Assembly: GCA_964019425.1 (NCBI GenBank)
Contig: OZ025790.1
Coordinates: 124,001 to 188,000 of the forward strand
DNA length: 64,000 bases
Reading direction: 5' to 3'
DNA from: Flectonema sp. DT1601
Lineage: Eukaryota
The notes under the pieces are model-generated. The model saw nothing but the letters and a program-made list of their open reading frames with translations, searched no databases and was not told the DNA's origin. Positions within the stretch are counted from its first letter, which is position 1. Each line of letters begins with the position of its first letter. The position numbers and the translations under genes are program-made. Of the stretch, positions 11,600-25,033 are shown in pieces.

Positions 11600-12475
11600 C
11601 CCATAAAAATATGAAAGGAAAGGCCGTTCGGTTTTTGCAATAATATGCTTTCATCGATAGATTTTGAAAGGAGGAAGGGGAAAAAAAAAGACAGAATCAA
11701 CACTAAGATCAGTCACAATGATAATACATCATTTCTTCAGTGACTAGAGTAACAGTTGTTGAACTTATCTTCTTGTGAGTTGCGAGACTCTCTCCGACAC
11801 GCTAACAATGAATTCAATAGCAACTCATCACGGTTTAGAACTGTTAAAAAAATTTATGCACGTTAGCTTAGCTGAATAAGAAAAAAAAAAAAGAAAAAAT
11901 TCGAACATAATGATGTGCCCAACCCCTCATAATATTTGGATGTGCTGCTCTACAAAAAAAAAAAAAAAAAAAAAAAAAACAATGAAAACAATTTATAAAA
12001 TTCACTTGGAGGGGTATGCCGCATCTCCCTATTACAAAAACTTTTTTTTTTTAGAAAAAATACAGAAAACATCTATCCATGGTGTTAACCCATACGGGGA
12101 ACCAAACAGATTCGAACAAGAGGACGAAAGAGGTAAGGGTACTACACCAATAACTACACAGGAGATTGGTAAAGGTAGAATACAAGAACCAAGTTTGAGA
12201 AGAAGGCCAAAACCTAACCAACCAATCGAATGCTCACCTATTGGGTAGGTGGATGTAAAACACTTTACGCTGACGAAGTCTCTCGTTGTTTATGTGATGA
12301 TCATATTCCGTGTACAAAAGAAATAAACAACACACAAAAAACGACGATTTCACAACGCATTCTACTAGGGATGATGTGTTGAAGAGAATCAAAAGCTTTT
12401 TTATTTTATTTTTTTTAAACCGTTGCAAGAAAGTGAAGATGATAAGATTAATAATCGGGAAAAAAAAAAAAAAAA

Positions 12476-12690
12476 AAACCATTCAGATAAAAGCCTTATA
12501 CCGTGTAAGAATAAAGGATCTTGATCAAAATAATTTCTTCTCCGACTTCGTCGGTGCAAAAAAACCTTTCAGACAAGCCTTAAATTTCGTTGAACGCAGA
12601 CAGAATTGTGTCGCACGGGAGAAAATAAATCATGACCATAACAAAAATACGGCTTTCATTTCTGTATAGTTTCTACTCCGACTACGGTAC
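12476..12690 (+). repeat. Two tandem copies of a dispersed short element (inverted repeats plus terminal hairpin)
   Basis: 12476-12557 reads AAACCATTCAGATAAAAGCCTTATA...TTTCTTCTCCGACTTCGTCGGTGC. It is followed directly by a more degenerate copy at 12562-12690. Both match the copy at 56189-56293. Confidence 0.75.
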
Positions 12691-13882
12691 AAAAAAATAA
12701 GAAATCTACTTACTTCACTCTTTTTTTTTAACTTTCCAGTAGTCAACAATTGTGTTTGCGCAATGAGTATAAAATCCTAATAAAGGAAATACGTTAGTCA
12801 CGCTGCTACAATTCTCGTTCTACCGAACAACAGGTTTCTTAGGTACAACAAAAAAAGATTTAAAAAAAAACCAACAACAATTGTGCGAGATCAAAAAAAT
12901 AATTATCGAGAATCAGTTGAGTTAGAATATGAGTTTATTGTAAAAAAAAAAAAAAAGAAAAAGAAAAAAAATGCCACTTAATAAAATAAGATAAATGAAA
13001 AAACACATAAATAAATTTGTTCCGCCGTCCCATAAAAACACTATCGGACACTATTGGTATATGAGTTTGTTGTGAAAAAAAAAAAAAAAAACGCACTTAA
13101 AAAAAAATAATAAAGTGAAAATATTAAATAAATTATTATGCTGTTTCATATAACTGTGGAAAACGTAATCTTGACGTCCGAAAAAAGTTTCGTTAGTTAT
13201 GTAATTCAACATTGCTGTTCATCGTGTGCTTTAGGTTACTCACAACCCAACATAACAAAAGTTAAGCCGAGTAGCAACTACTTATTTACTTATTTACGAA
13301 GCCAAGGAAGTCAAAAAAAAATAAGAAAATCACGAAAAGCTCAACAGGGAAACAGTTACCAGCCAACCGTGAGACTCTCACAGACGATAAGAGACGTAGA
13401 ATAACCTGAAACAAATGACCACCTAAACCCACTGCCCGCGTGAGCAGACAGTGTTAGAGACGGCTGATAACGCCAACAAATCTCAGATAAAAAAAACAAA
13501 AAACTCTTTTTTTTTTTTTTTTTTTCTTTTTTTTTTTCTTCGTATTGAATATTTCTCAGTGACAGAGAAAAGAAAAAATGAATTCCGCAAGTATAAGTAT
13601 GGGTAAAAAAGAGTTTTACAAATTCAACAGGAGGAAAAAAAGAAACAACACTTACTAATTAGTAATTAGATTTATTTATTTTATTTTATTTTATTTTATT
13701 TACTTAGAGTTTATTATTATAAGATAGTTACACTAAATCAAAATATTTAAAAAAGAAAGGGGAAAAAAAAGTCATATAAAAACACATTGCTCTGCCGTTC
13801 CGTAAAGCACTTGCCTTAATCACCCGTCATAGGAAGAAAAGAAAAACACTTGTTAATTAGTTTTTAGATTAGATGGATAAGT

Positions 13883-13989
13883 AGTCTATTACATTGCGTA
13901 TTGCTGATCGCTAATACAGCAAACTAAAGAATCATCGGATTAACTCAAATAGAGCTACGAGGCAACAGCAACGTAAGCAGACCCAATCT
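13883..13989. repeat. 107-bp direct repeat, copy 1 (copy 2 at 16442-16548)
   Basis: AGTCTATTACATTGCG...AGACCCAATCT occurs twice, with 2 substitutions seen. Confidence 0.95.
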
Positions 13990-14829
13990 CGTTTAGAATA
14001 ATTTTAGCGTACTACTATAGTTATCAAAAATGGATTCAAAAAAAAAAAAAAATTCAAAAAAAAAAAAAAAAATCAATCAATCAATAAAATCGTAAGGACA
14101 TTAAATTTTTTTATTTATTTATTTTTTTTTTTTTTTTCGAAAATCAAAGAAATCAAAACCCCTGAAGGAACCATCCACAGGGGGATACCAGTAATTCGGT
14201 ACCACAACTGTGAAGACTCTCACAGGCGAGATGAGACTTACTTTAACCAGAAGATAATTTTGGTCTCGCTATTCGACATAAAAATTAAATTAACAAAATC
14301 TTACCTTTAAACCACTCACTCCCCCTATACCAAGACCTCTTCAGTGAAAAGGGCAAAGGCAAAAAAAAACGTGTAAATTACACGAGCTCCCGTAATTACT
14401 GGTTAGCATTTCTCTTTACATGTTTCACAACAAACATTAAATTAATATTACACTAAATATTGGTAAAGAAAGATCTACGATTGTATAAAAAAAAGGGGGA
14501 GGAGAAGGGGGTGGTGAAATTTATGCCTTGGGAGATATATAATCAGAAAATAGCACAAACAAATATTCAGATATTTGAAAAAAAGAAAAAAAAAGCTCAA
14601 CTTACAACTGAAGACGTGTGAGTTTTGTGACACTGCCAGTACGTCTGAAGACGCTTCTTTAGGCACCCAAGGCCAGAGCTCACTGGTAGAGTCCCACGTG
14701 GTGGTGACTGACCGAAGTTGGCATTAGCTAATAACGGGGTTTGCCTTGCGACATATTTTTTTAATCAGAAAATAAACACACACAAAACTTAGGATATATA
14801 AAAAAAAAAAAAAAAAAAATTTTAAAAAA

Positions 14830-14891
14830 AAACCATTCAGATAAAATAATAAATAACGGCTCTTATTCTGAATGGTTTCTTTCTCCGACTT
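14830..14891 (+). repeat. Internally deleted copy of the dispersed inverted-repeat/hairpin element
   Basis: AAACCATTCAGATAAAA...ACGGCTCTTATTCTGAATGGTTTCTTTCTCCGACTT. Confidence 0.75.
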
Positions 14892-15047
14892 GATATTTAT
14901 TAATTCTCAGTTTTTTTTTCTACGTGTTGTCTTACAATATTCAACTCTAAAATAGACCTCGGGAAAAAAAAAACTGCATTCAAAGTTAGAGAAAAACCAA
15001 TAAAAAAAGTTTAAATTATAAAAGAAAAACAGGTTCAATGGTTATGG

Positions 15048-15082
<35 letters not shown>

Positions 15083-16441
15083 GTTGATTTTCCCCCCTAA
15101 TTACCTAAAACAGATCCAAAAGGGAAGTAGCACATCAAAGAGAACGTCGAAATGGTGGACTCGATTCACATTTATCATCAAATGGAAGCGTCAATCTCGA
15201 AAGTTTTTTGCCATAAAACTAGTTATCACTAAGTACACTAGTTCAGTATAATATCAGTAGTAATGATCGAGTGTTGAAGACGTTGATAACTTGAATCTGA
15301 CAAGAGATTGATTTCACCTTCAACAATTCCTTTATATAAAAAAAAAAAAAAAAAAAAAAGGTTTTGACTTGAGTTATTTATTCATTTATTTATTGTTAAG
15401 GGTTGCAGAGAGAGAGAGAGAGAAACGATTATTTTGATGGGGGGGTCTCACTAACGAGAAGTGAGTCACAAATCTGAGTAAATGAACGAAAAAATTAGTA
15501 ATTTCAACAACCGTATATCATGAGCTCTCTCTAAGGTAGAGACAGAGGACCCGTTTCCGAAGCCTCAGCATATATTTGTTTGAATATTTTTACTAATTTT
15601 ACAACAATTCTTTTTTGTTATATTGGTCATCATTCACGACACGACAGGCTTTTAATAAGCGGCATGTCCTACGGCAGAGTTGCACCCTTAAGAGGATAGG
15701 GGTGTGCTGTGAAACTTTAAAGAAACACATTTTGCTGTTTCCAGTACACTTTTGTGTGTAGTAGTGTCACCAACCAGCAATCATTGAAGCCTGGTTCACA
15801 ATTTCCGTTTTTTTTTTAAAAAAAACAAAAAAAAAAATCTTGACAAAAATTGTTTTTTTTGCATTGCAGATTAATAAGTGAAAAAAAAAAAATAAACGGA
15901 GGGAAGAGAAAGGGGATCCTTGGTGCCTACATTTTTAAGCAAAAAAACTTAGTAAATGCAAAAACAAGCACACGAAAGCACCTACAATGACCACGCGCGG
16001 GCATATTGCTTACACCCGATCAAGCGCATCACTTGTGGATATTTTACGGATTAAGACTACTACTTATATATTTCCCTTCTTCCTAATTCGGACTCGCTTC
16101 GTGGACTTTTCCCCCAAACCTGCCATTCGCTAAAAAGAGGAACCAGCAAAAAAGAAACTTTTTTTTTTTTTTTTTTCCCCTTTTGCATTCCATGAAATGT
16201 TACTTTCCCCCTCCCTCTTTAACAGGATATGTAGAAGGCGGTGAACTGGAAATCGAATAAAAGAAAAATATGTGCAACACAAAAAAAAAAAGGAATTGTG
16301 TGAGTTCTCGGGTGCTGCTACCAACTACGAGACCAACACAGCGCGTTGCTTAGAAAATACAAGAAAAGAAAAAGAGATAGTTAACCGTGAAGGAAGCTAC
16401 ACGTGTTGCCACTATTCTTCTCTTCACAATAGATATAAAGA

Positions 16442-16548
16442 AGTCTATTACATTGCGTATTGCTGATCGCTAATACAGCGAACTAAAGAGTCATCGGATT
16501 AACTCAAATAGAGCTACGAGGCAACAGCAACGTAAGCAGACCCAATCT
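16442..16548. repeat. 107-bp direct repeat, copy 2
   Basis: Near-identical to 13883-13989. Confidence 0.95.
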
Positions 16549-17122
16549 TATTAGGATAGTTATAGTATAGTTTAGGCTGACGGGGCATCCTGAAGACAGT
16601 ATGCCATTGTTAGCTTTCTGCCTCGTTCAATTGAAGACAGAAGTACTGTAAGCAATGAGGATGAAAAAAATAAACTCGGGGGAGGGCAGTCCCTATAGAT
16701 GACTTGACTTCCGACTATCATAAATAAAATAAAACAAAAAAAAAAGGACAGCTTTCACCGCCTTACTTTTGTTCGCACGATGTGATCGTCGCTGCTGAAG
16801 GAGTACAGTACGCTAACAGAAGTCGCCATCTTATTTATCAAAAGTCGGAAAACTAAGTCGCGGGAAAGTGTCAGTTGGAAGGAGAAAAAAAAACCAGAAA
16901 CGGTATCAGAATAATTACGTTATCCTGTTCTCGACTTACAAAGTAATATAAAAAAAAGGTTTTTTTTTTTTTTGTTTTTTTTTTTGCATGTTTTGTACAT
17001 CGACTCTAACTATAGATAAAGAAACGTCAGTGTGATGATAAGTTACCGAAAATAATAAATATTTCGGTTTGGTGTCATCATATACGCGAGAAGATGGAAA
17101 AATATAGAGAAAATGATAAATG

Positions 17123-17157
<35 letters not shown>

Positions 17158-17646
17158 AATGAGGACTCACCCTTCTAGATAAACAGACCACACAAAGCGG
17201 AGTTTGGAGGGGGAAAACAACAACAAAAAAAAAAGGGGGGAAAAAATCAACAAAAACTGCATGTAATGAACCAAGCAGATATTTTGGACAAAACAGAGAG
17301 GAAATAAAACTACTAGTCAATTGCTTGTTGTAGCAAGCTGTCAAAATCTGCTGACCGTAGACCCTCAGAGACTATATGGGTAGCAAATAGCCAACACAAC
17401 AAGCCGTATTTTTTTTTTTTTCATTTCTTTTTTTTTTTAAGTAACATGAAAGTGCGACAACACCCTACTTATCTGAACTGGTCAATGTCGAGACATACAC
17501 GCAACGAGTGACGACATTTTGATTTTGCTTTTGCTTTTTTTTTTTTTTTTTTTTTTTTTTCTTCCAATAACGTATTAAGTTTTGTCGTTGCTACACAACA
17601 TCTACAGATTGTTATTAAGAAAAAAAGAAAAAGTAAATAAAAAATA

Positions 17647-18346
17647 GGGAAAAACCCTAATCCGAACACAAAAGTTTCCGAAACCGCCAACTCTCGATGG
17701 ATCACACGAAGATTGATTTCCCGATCATAAACAAGCCCTCCCTTGAATCACACCACATTCGTTCGGTCAGGGTACGTCTTTGGGCCAATTAAGCGTCTGA
17801 CCAACGTTCCAGAGTGTCTGCCCCAAACATGCCCTCTATCTCTCCGTGGGTGTCATTTTTGGTTGATGCATCTTCGTTTGGGCCACTACATTGTCAACGA
17901 GGTGCGTACATCCCTTCAGTGGGTGCTTGTACAGCTGTTGCCAATGTAAGGGCAGTTGGTGCCACGGTAACACCTACCTCTATAGAGACCACCTTAACGA
18001 TGTGCAGGTTTGAGGCAATGATGCTGGCAGTACAAGCTAAGCTTTGGCAGGCGGTCAAGAGACACGTGGTGCAAGAACGTCCAAAATAATCTGAGAAAAA
18101 CTCTTTGTGAACTTGTCACGCGTCCCAAAGGTGTCCCCCATCGGAAGCAGGCATGTTTGTTTAGAAGAAAATTGCGAGGAGATTTAAAATTACTCAACGC
18201 ATTTTTCAGGGGGGAAAAAAAAGTCTGCCTTAAATTCGGCAACTTCGATTCCGGGTGGCAGATTTTTTAACCACAGGCCACAAGGCACTTTTTTTGTATA
18301 GAGTTGGCGGTTTCGGAAACTTTTGCGCCCGGATTAGAGTTTTCCT
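17647..18346. mobile_element. 700-bp non-autonomous TIR DNA transposon with 9-bp TSD (Mutator/MULE-like)
   Basis: Imperfect ~47-bp TIRs at 17647-17694 and 18300-18346 (core CAAAAGTTTCCGAAACCGCCAACTCT). Exact flanking direct repeat TAAAAAATA at 17638-17646 and 18347-18355. The interior is GC-richer than the flanks. Confidence 0.85.
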
Positions 18347-18727
18347 TAAAAAATATAAAAAATAAAAAAATGATGGGATAAGAATGACCTATGTCAAAAA
18401 ACTATTCAGATAAGCCTTTGTTAATCGCAGCTTGTTTTTTTTTTTTTGTTTTTTTTTTTTTTTTTTTATTAAGGAACAGATATCAAAAGCCAGTATAAAA
18501 ATTTTTCTTTGATGCTAATCAAAGGGTAAGTTTAAAAAAAGATTTTCACGCAGCTCAAAACAACAGTTGAAAGAATTTTTTTTTTTTTTTCCCCGACTGC
18601 AAATCAGGAAAATATGAGCAATTCATATAGTGCAAAAAGTAATTAATATTATAGAGAAGCTCAAGTCGCATCAGAGTATCCTCATCATACGGTTGGCTTA
18701 TTCCAGAGGAAAAAACATTTTCCCTAC

Positions 18728-19291
18728 CTAGAGACCTAGTGAGGTAATCACTCCAGAGAGGATGTCGTCGTCAATGTCATGCTCAGAAATCAGACAGAGT
18801 GGTTTGTCATTATCTGGTGGTGTTGGTGTTAAACTTGATATGCTTGCTGTTGATTCTGACTGTGCTTTTATTTGAGAAATTGGACTACAACTTGATGCAA
18901 GGCTTGAAGCTTCTTCTGCTTCATGTCTTAGTTGAGATACCATCTTACGGAGCGTTCCTTTTGATCTTCCTTTTACTCTGTCGAGAACTGATACGCCGTG
19001 ACCTTCAACTCGTTCTTTGAGACTTTGTTTTCTAAAGTGAATGTGTATTTTAGTGCATTGGTCTCCCAATGCACACCCGTCTGGTTTTGCGAATGATTCG
19101 CATTTTGATTCTCCAAAAACAGACTCAACTCTACTTCTATATTGACACTGGCATTCTCTACATCTCAGTGTTATCATGCCAGCCTCAACTCTAACATTAT
19201 CCCAATTATTGTGACAACATCTTTTAGTCCTCGGGAGACATTTCTTTTTCTTAGTGTCCCTCTTCGCTGGTTCACTCGGCTGACTTGTCAT
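18728..19291 (-). CDS. HNxWDNVR/CCCH zinc-finger family protein, paralogue 1 (187 aa)
   Basis: Start placed at ATG 19291 (MTSQPSEP). Contains CCHNNWDNVR, TLRCRECQ, C-x8-C-x5-C-x3-H and KQSLKERVEGHG, shared with three other ORFs in the window. Confidence 0.85.
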   Translation of the reverse strand: MTSQPSEPAKRDTKKKKCLPRTKRCCHNNWDNVRVEAGMITLRCRECQCQYRSRVESVFGESKCESFAKPDGCALGDQCTKIHIHFRKQSLKERVEGHGVSVLDRVKGRSKGTLRKMVSQLRHEAEEASSLASSCSPISQIKAQSESTASISSLTPTPPDNDKPLCLISEHDIDDDILSGVITSLGL

Positions 19292-22200
19292 TATTGATAT
19301 TGTTACCTGTTGACTGAAGAAGACGTTAACAAGTATAAGAAATATTAAACTTATTTGGACTGTATTAGTGTGAGAGGCACAAGAAGCAATACAAAAAAAA
19401 AAAAATTTAAAAAAAATAAGCAAGGAATTTGTAGAGGGATGCGAACATACACTCTAGAAAAGCTAGTGGATGGAAATATAAAAAAAAAAAAAAATACGAA
19501 CTCGGAAATAAAGTTGTGAGGCTAAGAGAGGGGCTACAATAACACAATATCGTTGTAGGAAACTGAAAAAGAAAAAAGAACAACGGGAAAAGGGGAAAAA
19601 AAAAAATAATCAACTAGTTTGCATGACTATTATTGATATATTTCTTGGGTTTGTTGGAAAAGGCAAAAAAACATCCCACGCCTGCGCCACATATTCCGTT
19701 TTGCAGTGCCTCGGCTTTGTATAAACACACGCATGCGGTTTAACAACAGGAAGAATATGCCATTCACATCGTGCTATAAACCACAACAATGAACACCCAA
19801 TTGTCTTTTCCATCTCCTTTTTCCTTTCCTCCCCAACCCTCTCTCTTCACAACGTTTACAAAAGTTAGTTCGAAAAAAAGTACTTAAAAAAGAAAAATAT
19901 ATATTATCAGCAAATTTAAAGAAAAATATGCGGATAATTTGTAGGGGAGCAATTTTTTTTTTAATGCATCTTCCGTGTGCATAAGCACCGGAAGCGGCAA
20001 TCATTAAAAATAAAAAACTAAAAAAAATAAAAAAAGAGCAAGATTTGTTTTTTTTTTTTTTCTTCAAAAGAGGTATTCTTATTCACCTGATGGGGAGGTG
20101 CTTTTTTTTTTTTTTATTTTTTTTTTTTTTTTGTGACAAGCAAAAAAGATTTTCTTTTTCTTTTTTCCCCTACCTTCTTTTTTATTTTCACCCATAAGCC
20201 GAGTCGACTTCGAGAACAAAAAAAGAAGGAGAACAAGAAAAAGAAATGCTAGAGACAGAACTCCTCACTAATACGAGTGAGATAAACGAAAGAGAAAAAA
20301 AAAAAAAAACAACGAAATGTAAAAAAGAAAATGAATAAATGAAGAGGGAGATAGCAGGTTAGTTATATATCTATAATGATAAACATTTATATTGTATCAA
20401 ATAAGTTAAAATTAATATAAATATTAGCAATCCGCGATACAGCTGACAAGTAATGAAGGGGGGGGGGTTGATACTACTATTGCAAAGAAATAAAATTACC
20501 ATAGCTAAGCAACTTTTTTTTTTTTTAACGAAATTAATAAGCTGAATAACATTCTATTGTTGATAAATATGTAAGACCCGAAAACGCCAATAAAAAGGTC
20601 TGAGCCCGTGGTGTTTGTTGATACTTCAACATGGGGGGAGAGTGTGTACCGTTATCCGAGATGGCTAAACAACATTAGTCCCAGATGCCCGAACTGATGG
20701 AGCCATATTTATTTTGATATTTACAAATGTTTGTGAGGATAAGAAATCTAAGGCGTTGCTGACTCTCAGAATTTGCTTTCCCACTTATTGAAAATAATGT
20801 TTAAAACTTTTTGTGTAGTTTTTGTGAATATATGTATATAAATATTTTTTTTCTTTTTTTTCAAACCTTTGGCAGTAGCGAACTATCGCTGTCAGCCACT
20901 TAACGTAGAGTCACTCGAAAACTCAAGTAGTTGTTTTAAAATTTCTTTCTAATAAAACGACAATTTGATATTTCCCTCATGGAGGAAGCATAATGATCCA
21001 TGCGATTATTTAACACAGTTGCTTGAGAAATCAAGAACAGCAGTAGTAAGAGTACCGAAATATTTCTTCAGAGGAGAAGATCCACTTACGGAGTGCAAAT
21101 ATAAATAATACATACTAGTCACATGGATTAAACAACACTTTTTTTTTTTCCAGCCTTTTTGTTAAATATTCACTGATTGCTGGAAAAAAAAAAAAAAAAA
21201 AAAGAAAAAAAAACTAACATAAAAACGTTAATGTTTTTTTTTTTTTTCTTTTTAATAATATCATTATTTTTATTTATGAACAAAACGGGAAACGAAAAGA
21301 AATTAGTACAATAAAGGGTGACGAAATAAAGTCCAATAATAAGCTCCTTTGTGTCACACCAATCAGATCAAAGCCTAATTAATAAGAATCCAGAAAGTAC
21401 TACCAAATTAAATTGGTGGGCACTTTAAAATGCCTAGTAAGTACGTACGAAAATCGTGTTTTTTTTTTTCTTTCTTTTTATTTATTTTCCAGAATTTTGA
21501 GTTTTCTTTTCTGACATTTACAAAGAGCATATCAAAGGAATGCCAGAAACGGGAGGGGGAAAAAAAACTCTGGAAAAAAAAAAAAGTAAAAAAAACCACA
21601 AACACACTTTTTTTTTCCTTTTTTTTCCTTTTTTTTTTTTTTTTTAATTTTCATGTCGGACACAAAAAGCAAGTGTCAGAATTGATACGTTTATTAAAAA
21701 AAGGAGAAATGGAACACCTTTGAAATGTGATAGTTGCGAAGCTTTTTGTTTTTTTTGCTTGTACACTCGACAAATCAAGTAAGAATGTAGCTCTATTTTC
21801 GATGATACAATAAATCGCCTTTCCGGAGGTTCCTTTCCACATAATATGGATCGGGGTGCCAAAAAAAAATTTTTTTCCGGAAATTTGGGAAAAATGCGAA
21901 TTTATATAAAAAAAGAAACTCAAATTGAAATAGACGCTACCTTTCAAGTTATTGATACAATCGACAAGTCAAAACTTTTTACGGATTGCCAATTTTTTTT
22001 AGCCAGCAGCAAAAAAAGTTTTTGTCAACACAAAAATAAAAAAGAAAAAAAGAATAATAATAATTTAAAAAAAATGATAAAAATAAACAAAAAGGCACTA
22101 AAGAAATACCAAAATTTTTTAGATCCTAGTATAACTGCGCATTTTTGAAAATAATTGGGAAGAAGGGTGGGATAAAAAACCAATATAAGCAATAAAAACT

Positions 22201-24185
22201 TTAGAGGAATATGTTTACACAAAAAAGAAATTGGTTGGTGTAAAAATGAAAAATAAATCGTGAATTCCGATATATATATTTACCCAAAATAAACTTCTCA
22301 AGAAGAAGAGAACAATGGACCCACATAACAGAATTATTTCACACTCTGACTATTACCGCAAGAAATAAAAAAAAAAATTAAAAAGAAAACTCGACGAATG
22401 AGAAGGAAAACACAACATTAATCATCCTCAGCTGTGTGTGAATTCTGGTATTTTGTCAAAGAACGAAAGTAGGGTTAACTGTTTGAGCATATTTATAATG
22501 ATATAAATATATTTTATATGTTGACTAGAGTCAAGAAACGAAGGCGGGGAGAAGTGAATGTAGGCTATTCGTCAGCATAAGAACATTAGTTCAACACCAA
22601 CAAATTGCGGTTTCTTTTTTTTTTTTTTTTTTAAATTTGTTGTCTGATAAGGGAATTACTTCTATTAACAAAGAAAGCTGCATGTAGCACAACTCAGAGC
22701 AATGCGATGTTTACACGATGAAGGTAGCTCTTTCATTTATAGCGTATTTCCGATTTATTATCTTTTTTTTTTTTTTTTTTTTTTTTACAACTCACTATTT
22801 AGATAAAAACTTTACCTTTCCTATTGTCAACTTAACTGTTCAAAGGAACAGAACAATGACAACAGCAATAGCGATTATTATTATTATTATTATTATTATT
22901 TTTTTTTTTTTTTTTTTTTCCTCCGGGGAGAAAAAAAATAAAAAAAAAAAATAAAAATAATAATGAAAATGAGGTAAAAACCTTTACAAAAAAAAAAAAA
23001 AAAAAATTCAACAATAAGACCTGTTGGAAAGTCGAGTAGAATCGTACCTTTCCTACCCTATTACTTGAAACAAAAACAATACTTCAAAAAAAATAAAAAT
23101 AAAAAAAATATATATTAAGAATTTGGTTTTAAGAAAAAACTGAAAGAACGTCCGTCATTCCCTCGCTGTTCTCTCATCGAGGTCTTTTTCACATTCGTGC
23201 AGCCTGTCTCACAATATCGAAATTACCGACAAAGCGAAAACAGACTAATTCTGGAGGCAACGACCATTTAGTAGTTTGAGTGTAAAGCCTTTCTTCAGGC
23301 GAAGACTTTTAAAAGGTAACGTAACAAATGTACCCACTAAAAAAAACAAAAAAGAAACCTGGCAGGAGCAAAGCCAGTCATTTCCAAAAAAAAAAGAGAA
23401 ACAAAGAATAGCAGTAGAACATCAATTTGTTAAGAATAATATAAACGAATAAAAATAATAAAAAAAGGTTATATATTCTAGTTCGGTTCATTACTGGCTA
23501 GGTAGTAGAAAATCGTGAAATGTAATTTTAAAAAAAAACCGAAATCGCCCGCTACCGCGATATGATAACATTTAGAGGGACAAAAAAAACAACAAATGGA
23601 TTCACTCCAAATTGACATAGGAAGTTGCCACACTTGAGCACAAGTGCGGAGACCTCAACCATGCTTTCGATTGTTTCCTAAATTCAATCATATTATGCAA
23701 GGCATCAAGCAAACACAAGCTACCCCATGCATGTAATATGATTTTAGAATAGGAAAACAACAGATTAAAATCAGAAAATCCGATTTCCTGTCAGGAAAAA
23801 AAATAAATAAATAAAATCTGGAGAGCGCAGGGGAAGGGGCAGAGAATACTCACAACAGTACAGTATTCACCAAGCTCTATATTATCACTCAGCCAGCAGC
23901 TAAGCGAGCCACTACTTAAATTGCAGAGAATATACTTGATCACAAGTGTACTCCGCAAGCCTAGAACAGAAGATTCAGGGAAAAGACACTAGAGAGTAAA
24001 ATAATATAGCCATGGAAAAAGAATTCCTGCAGGACTCACATCCTCAAAAACTAGGAGTTTCCCCTCAGAGTGATCAGGTGGTTGGTTTTCAGGCTGATAA
24101 TTTTTTTTTTGGAATTTCCACGTACCTTTTTCCCGAAGAAATAAAAATAGCGAAATCGAAAATAGGCAAGCAACATCACGTATGA

Positions 24186-24229
<44 letters not shown>

Positions 24230-24725
24230 TAAATTTATATTGCGGCTAAATTATTTATCACGTTGTATTGAAAATATAAAAGTTTCCTTTTTTTTTTTTT
24301 TTTGCGTTTTTCAGTAACAATGACGTGTTGCCTTTAGGTGAGAAGGGGAGGAAGGGTCAATTTTCACGACCCGGGATACGCTTCAATAATCACCATACTC
24401 GCGGCGGGCTACATTCTAAGTTTTTTTTTTTAAAAAAAATGGGAAATGTGTGTGGATGGGTTGGATCAGAGACCAGAAGCCTCCCCATTGGTTGCTTGTT
24501 ATCAATGCCTGATAATTCAGATATAAAAAAAAACCTCTTTTATTTGCAACGAGGTTATTTTTTTTTTTTTTTTTTTGGTGTTGGGAGAAAAGATACATAC
24601 TGATCAAAATCAAGTAACGCAGTGCACTTTAAAAGGTTGAAAAAAGATCTTAATCAACGAACCAAAGAAATAATAGGTTTTTCCTTTTCATTATTTTGTG
24701 CAATATAAATGAGGAATTTTTTTTA

Positions 24726-24757
<32 letters not shown>

Positions 24758-24997
24758 AAACGACTGTATGATTCAAACAAAAGGTTTTTTTTTTTTTTTT
24801 TTTTCTTCTTTTTTTTTTGGAATCTATTGTAGCCATTATTCAAAAAAATAATAAAAAAAAAAATAATGAAAAATAATTTTATGCGCAGGAGCGAACGTTT
24901 TTAACTGTGAGATCAAATAAATAAAAAATTTTATGAGAAATTTGCAAAAATACTAACTGCATGAATCGTAATAACAAAAAAAAAAAAAAAAAAAAGC

Positions 24998-25033
24998 TAA
25001 AATTGTTGTATCTGTCGGGATACAACAATTTTA
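24998..25033. repeat. Perfect 15-bp inverted repeat with 6-nt loop
   Basis: TAAAATTGTTGTATC-tgtcgg-GATACAACAATTTTA. Confidence 0.85.

Noticed and set aside
11709..11831. Minus-strand C/D-box-like arrangement (GTGATGA...CTGA...ATGATG...CTGA)
   Set aside because: The would-be guide TATCATTGTGA is in the same sense as the conserved LSU rRNA sequence rather than antisense, and there is no terminal stem. Short boxes arise easily by chance.
19292..19423. Hydrophobic N-terminal extension of paralogue 1, resembling a signal or TM segment
   Set aside because: It derives from T-rich upstream sequence with a non-ATG start and is absent from the other paralogues.
21400..22260. Region with the texture of a decayed DNA transposon interior
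   Set aside because: I could not identify TIRs, a TSD or a coding remnant.
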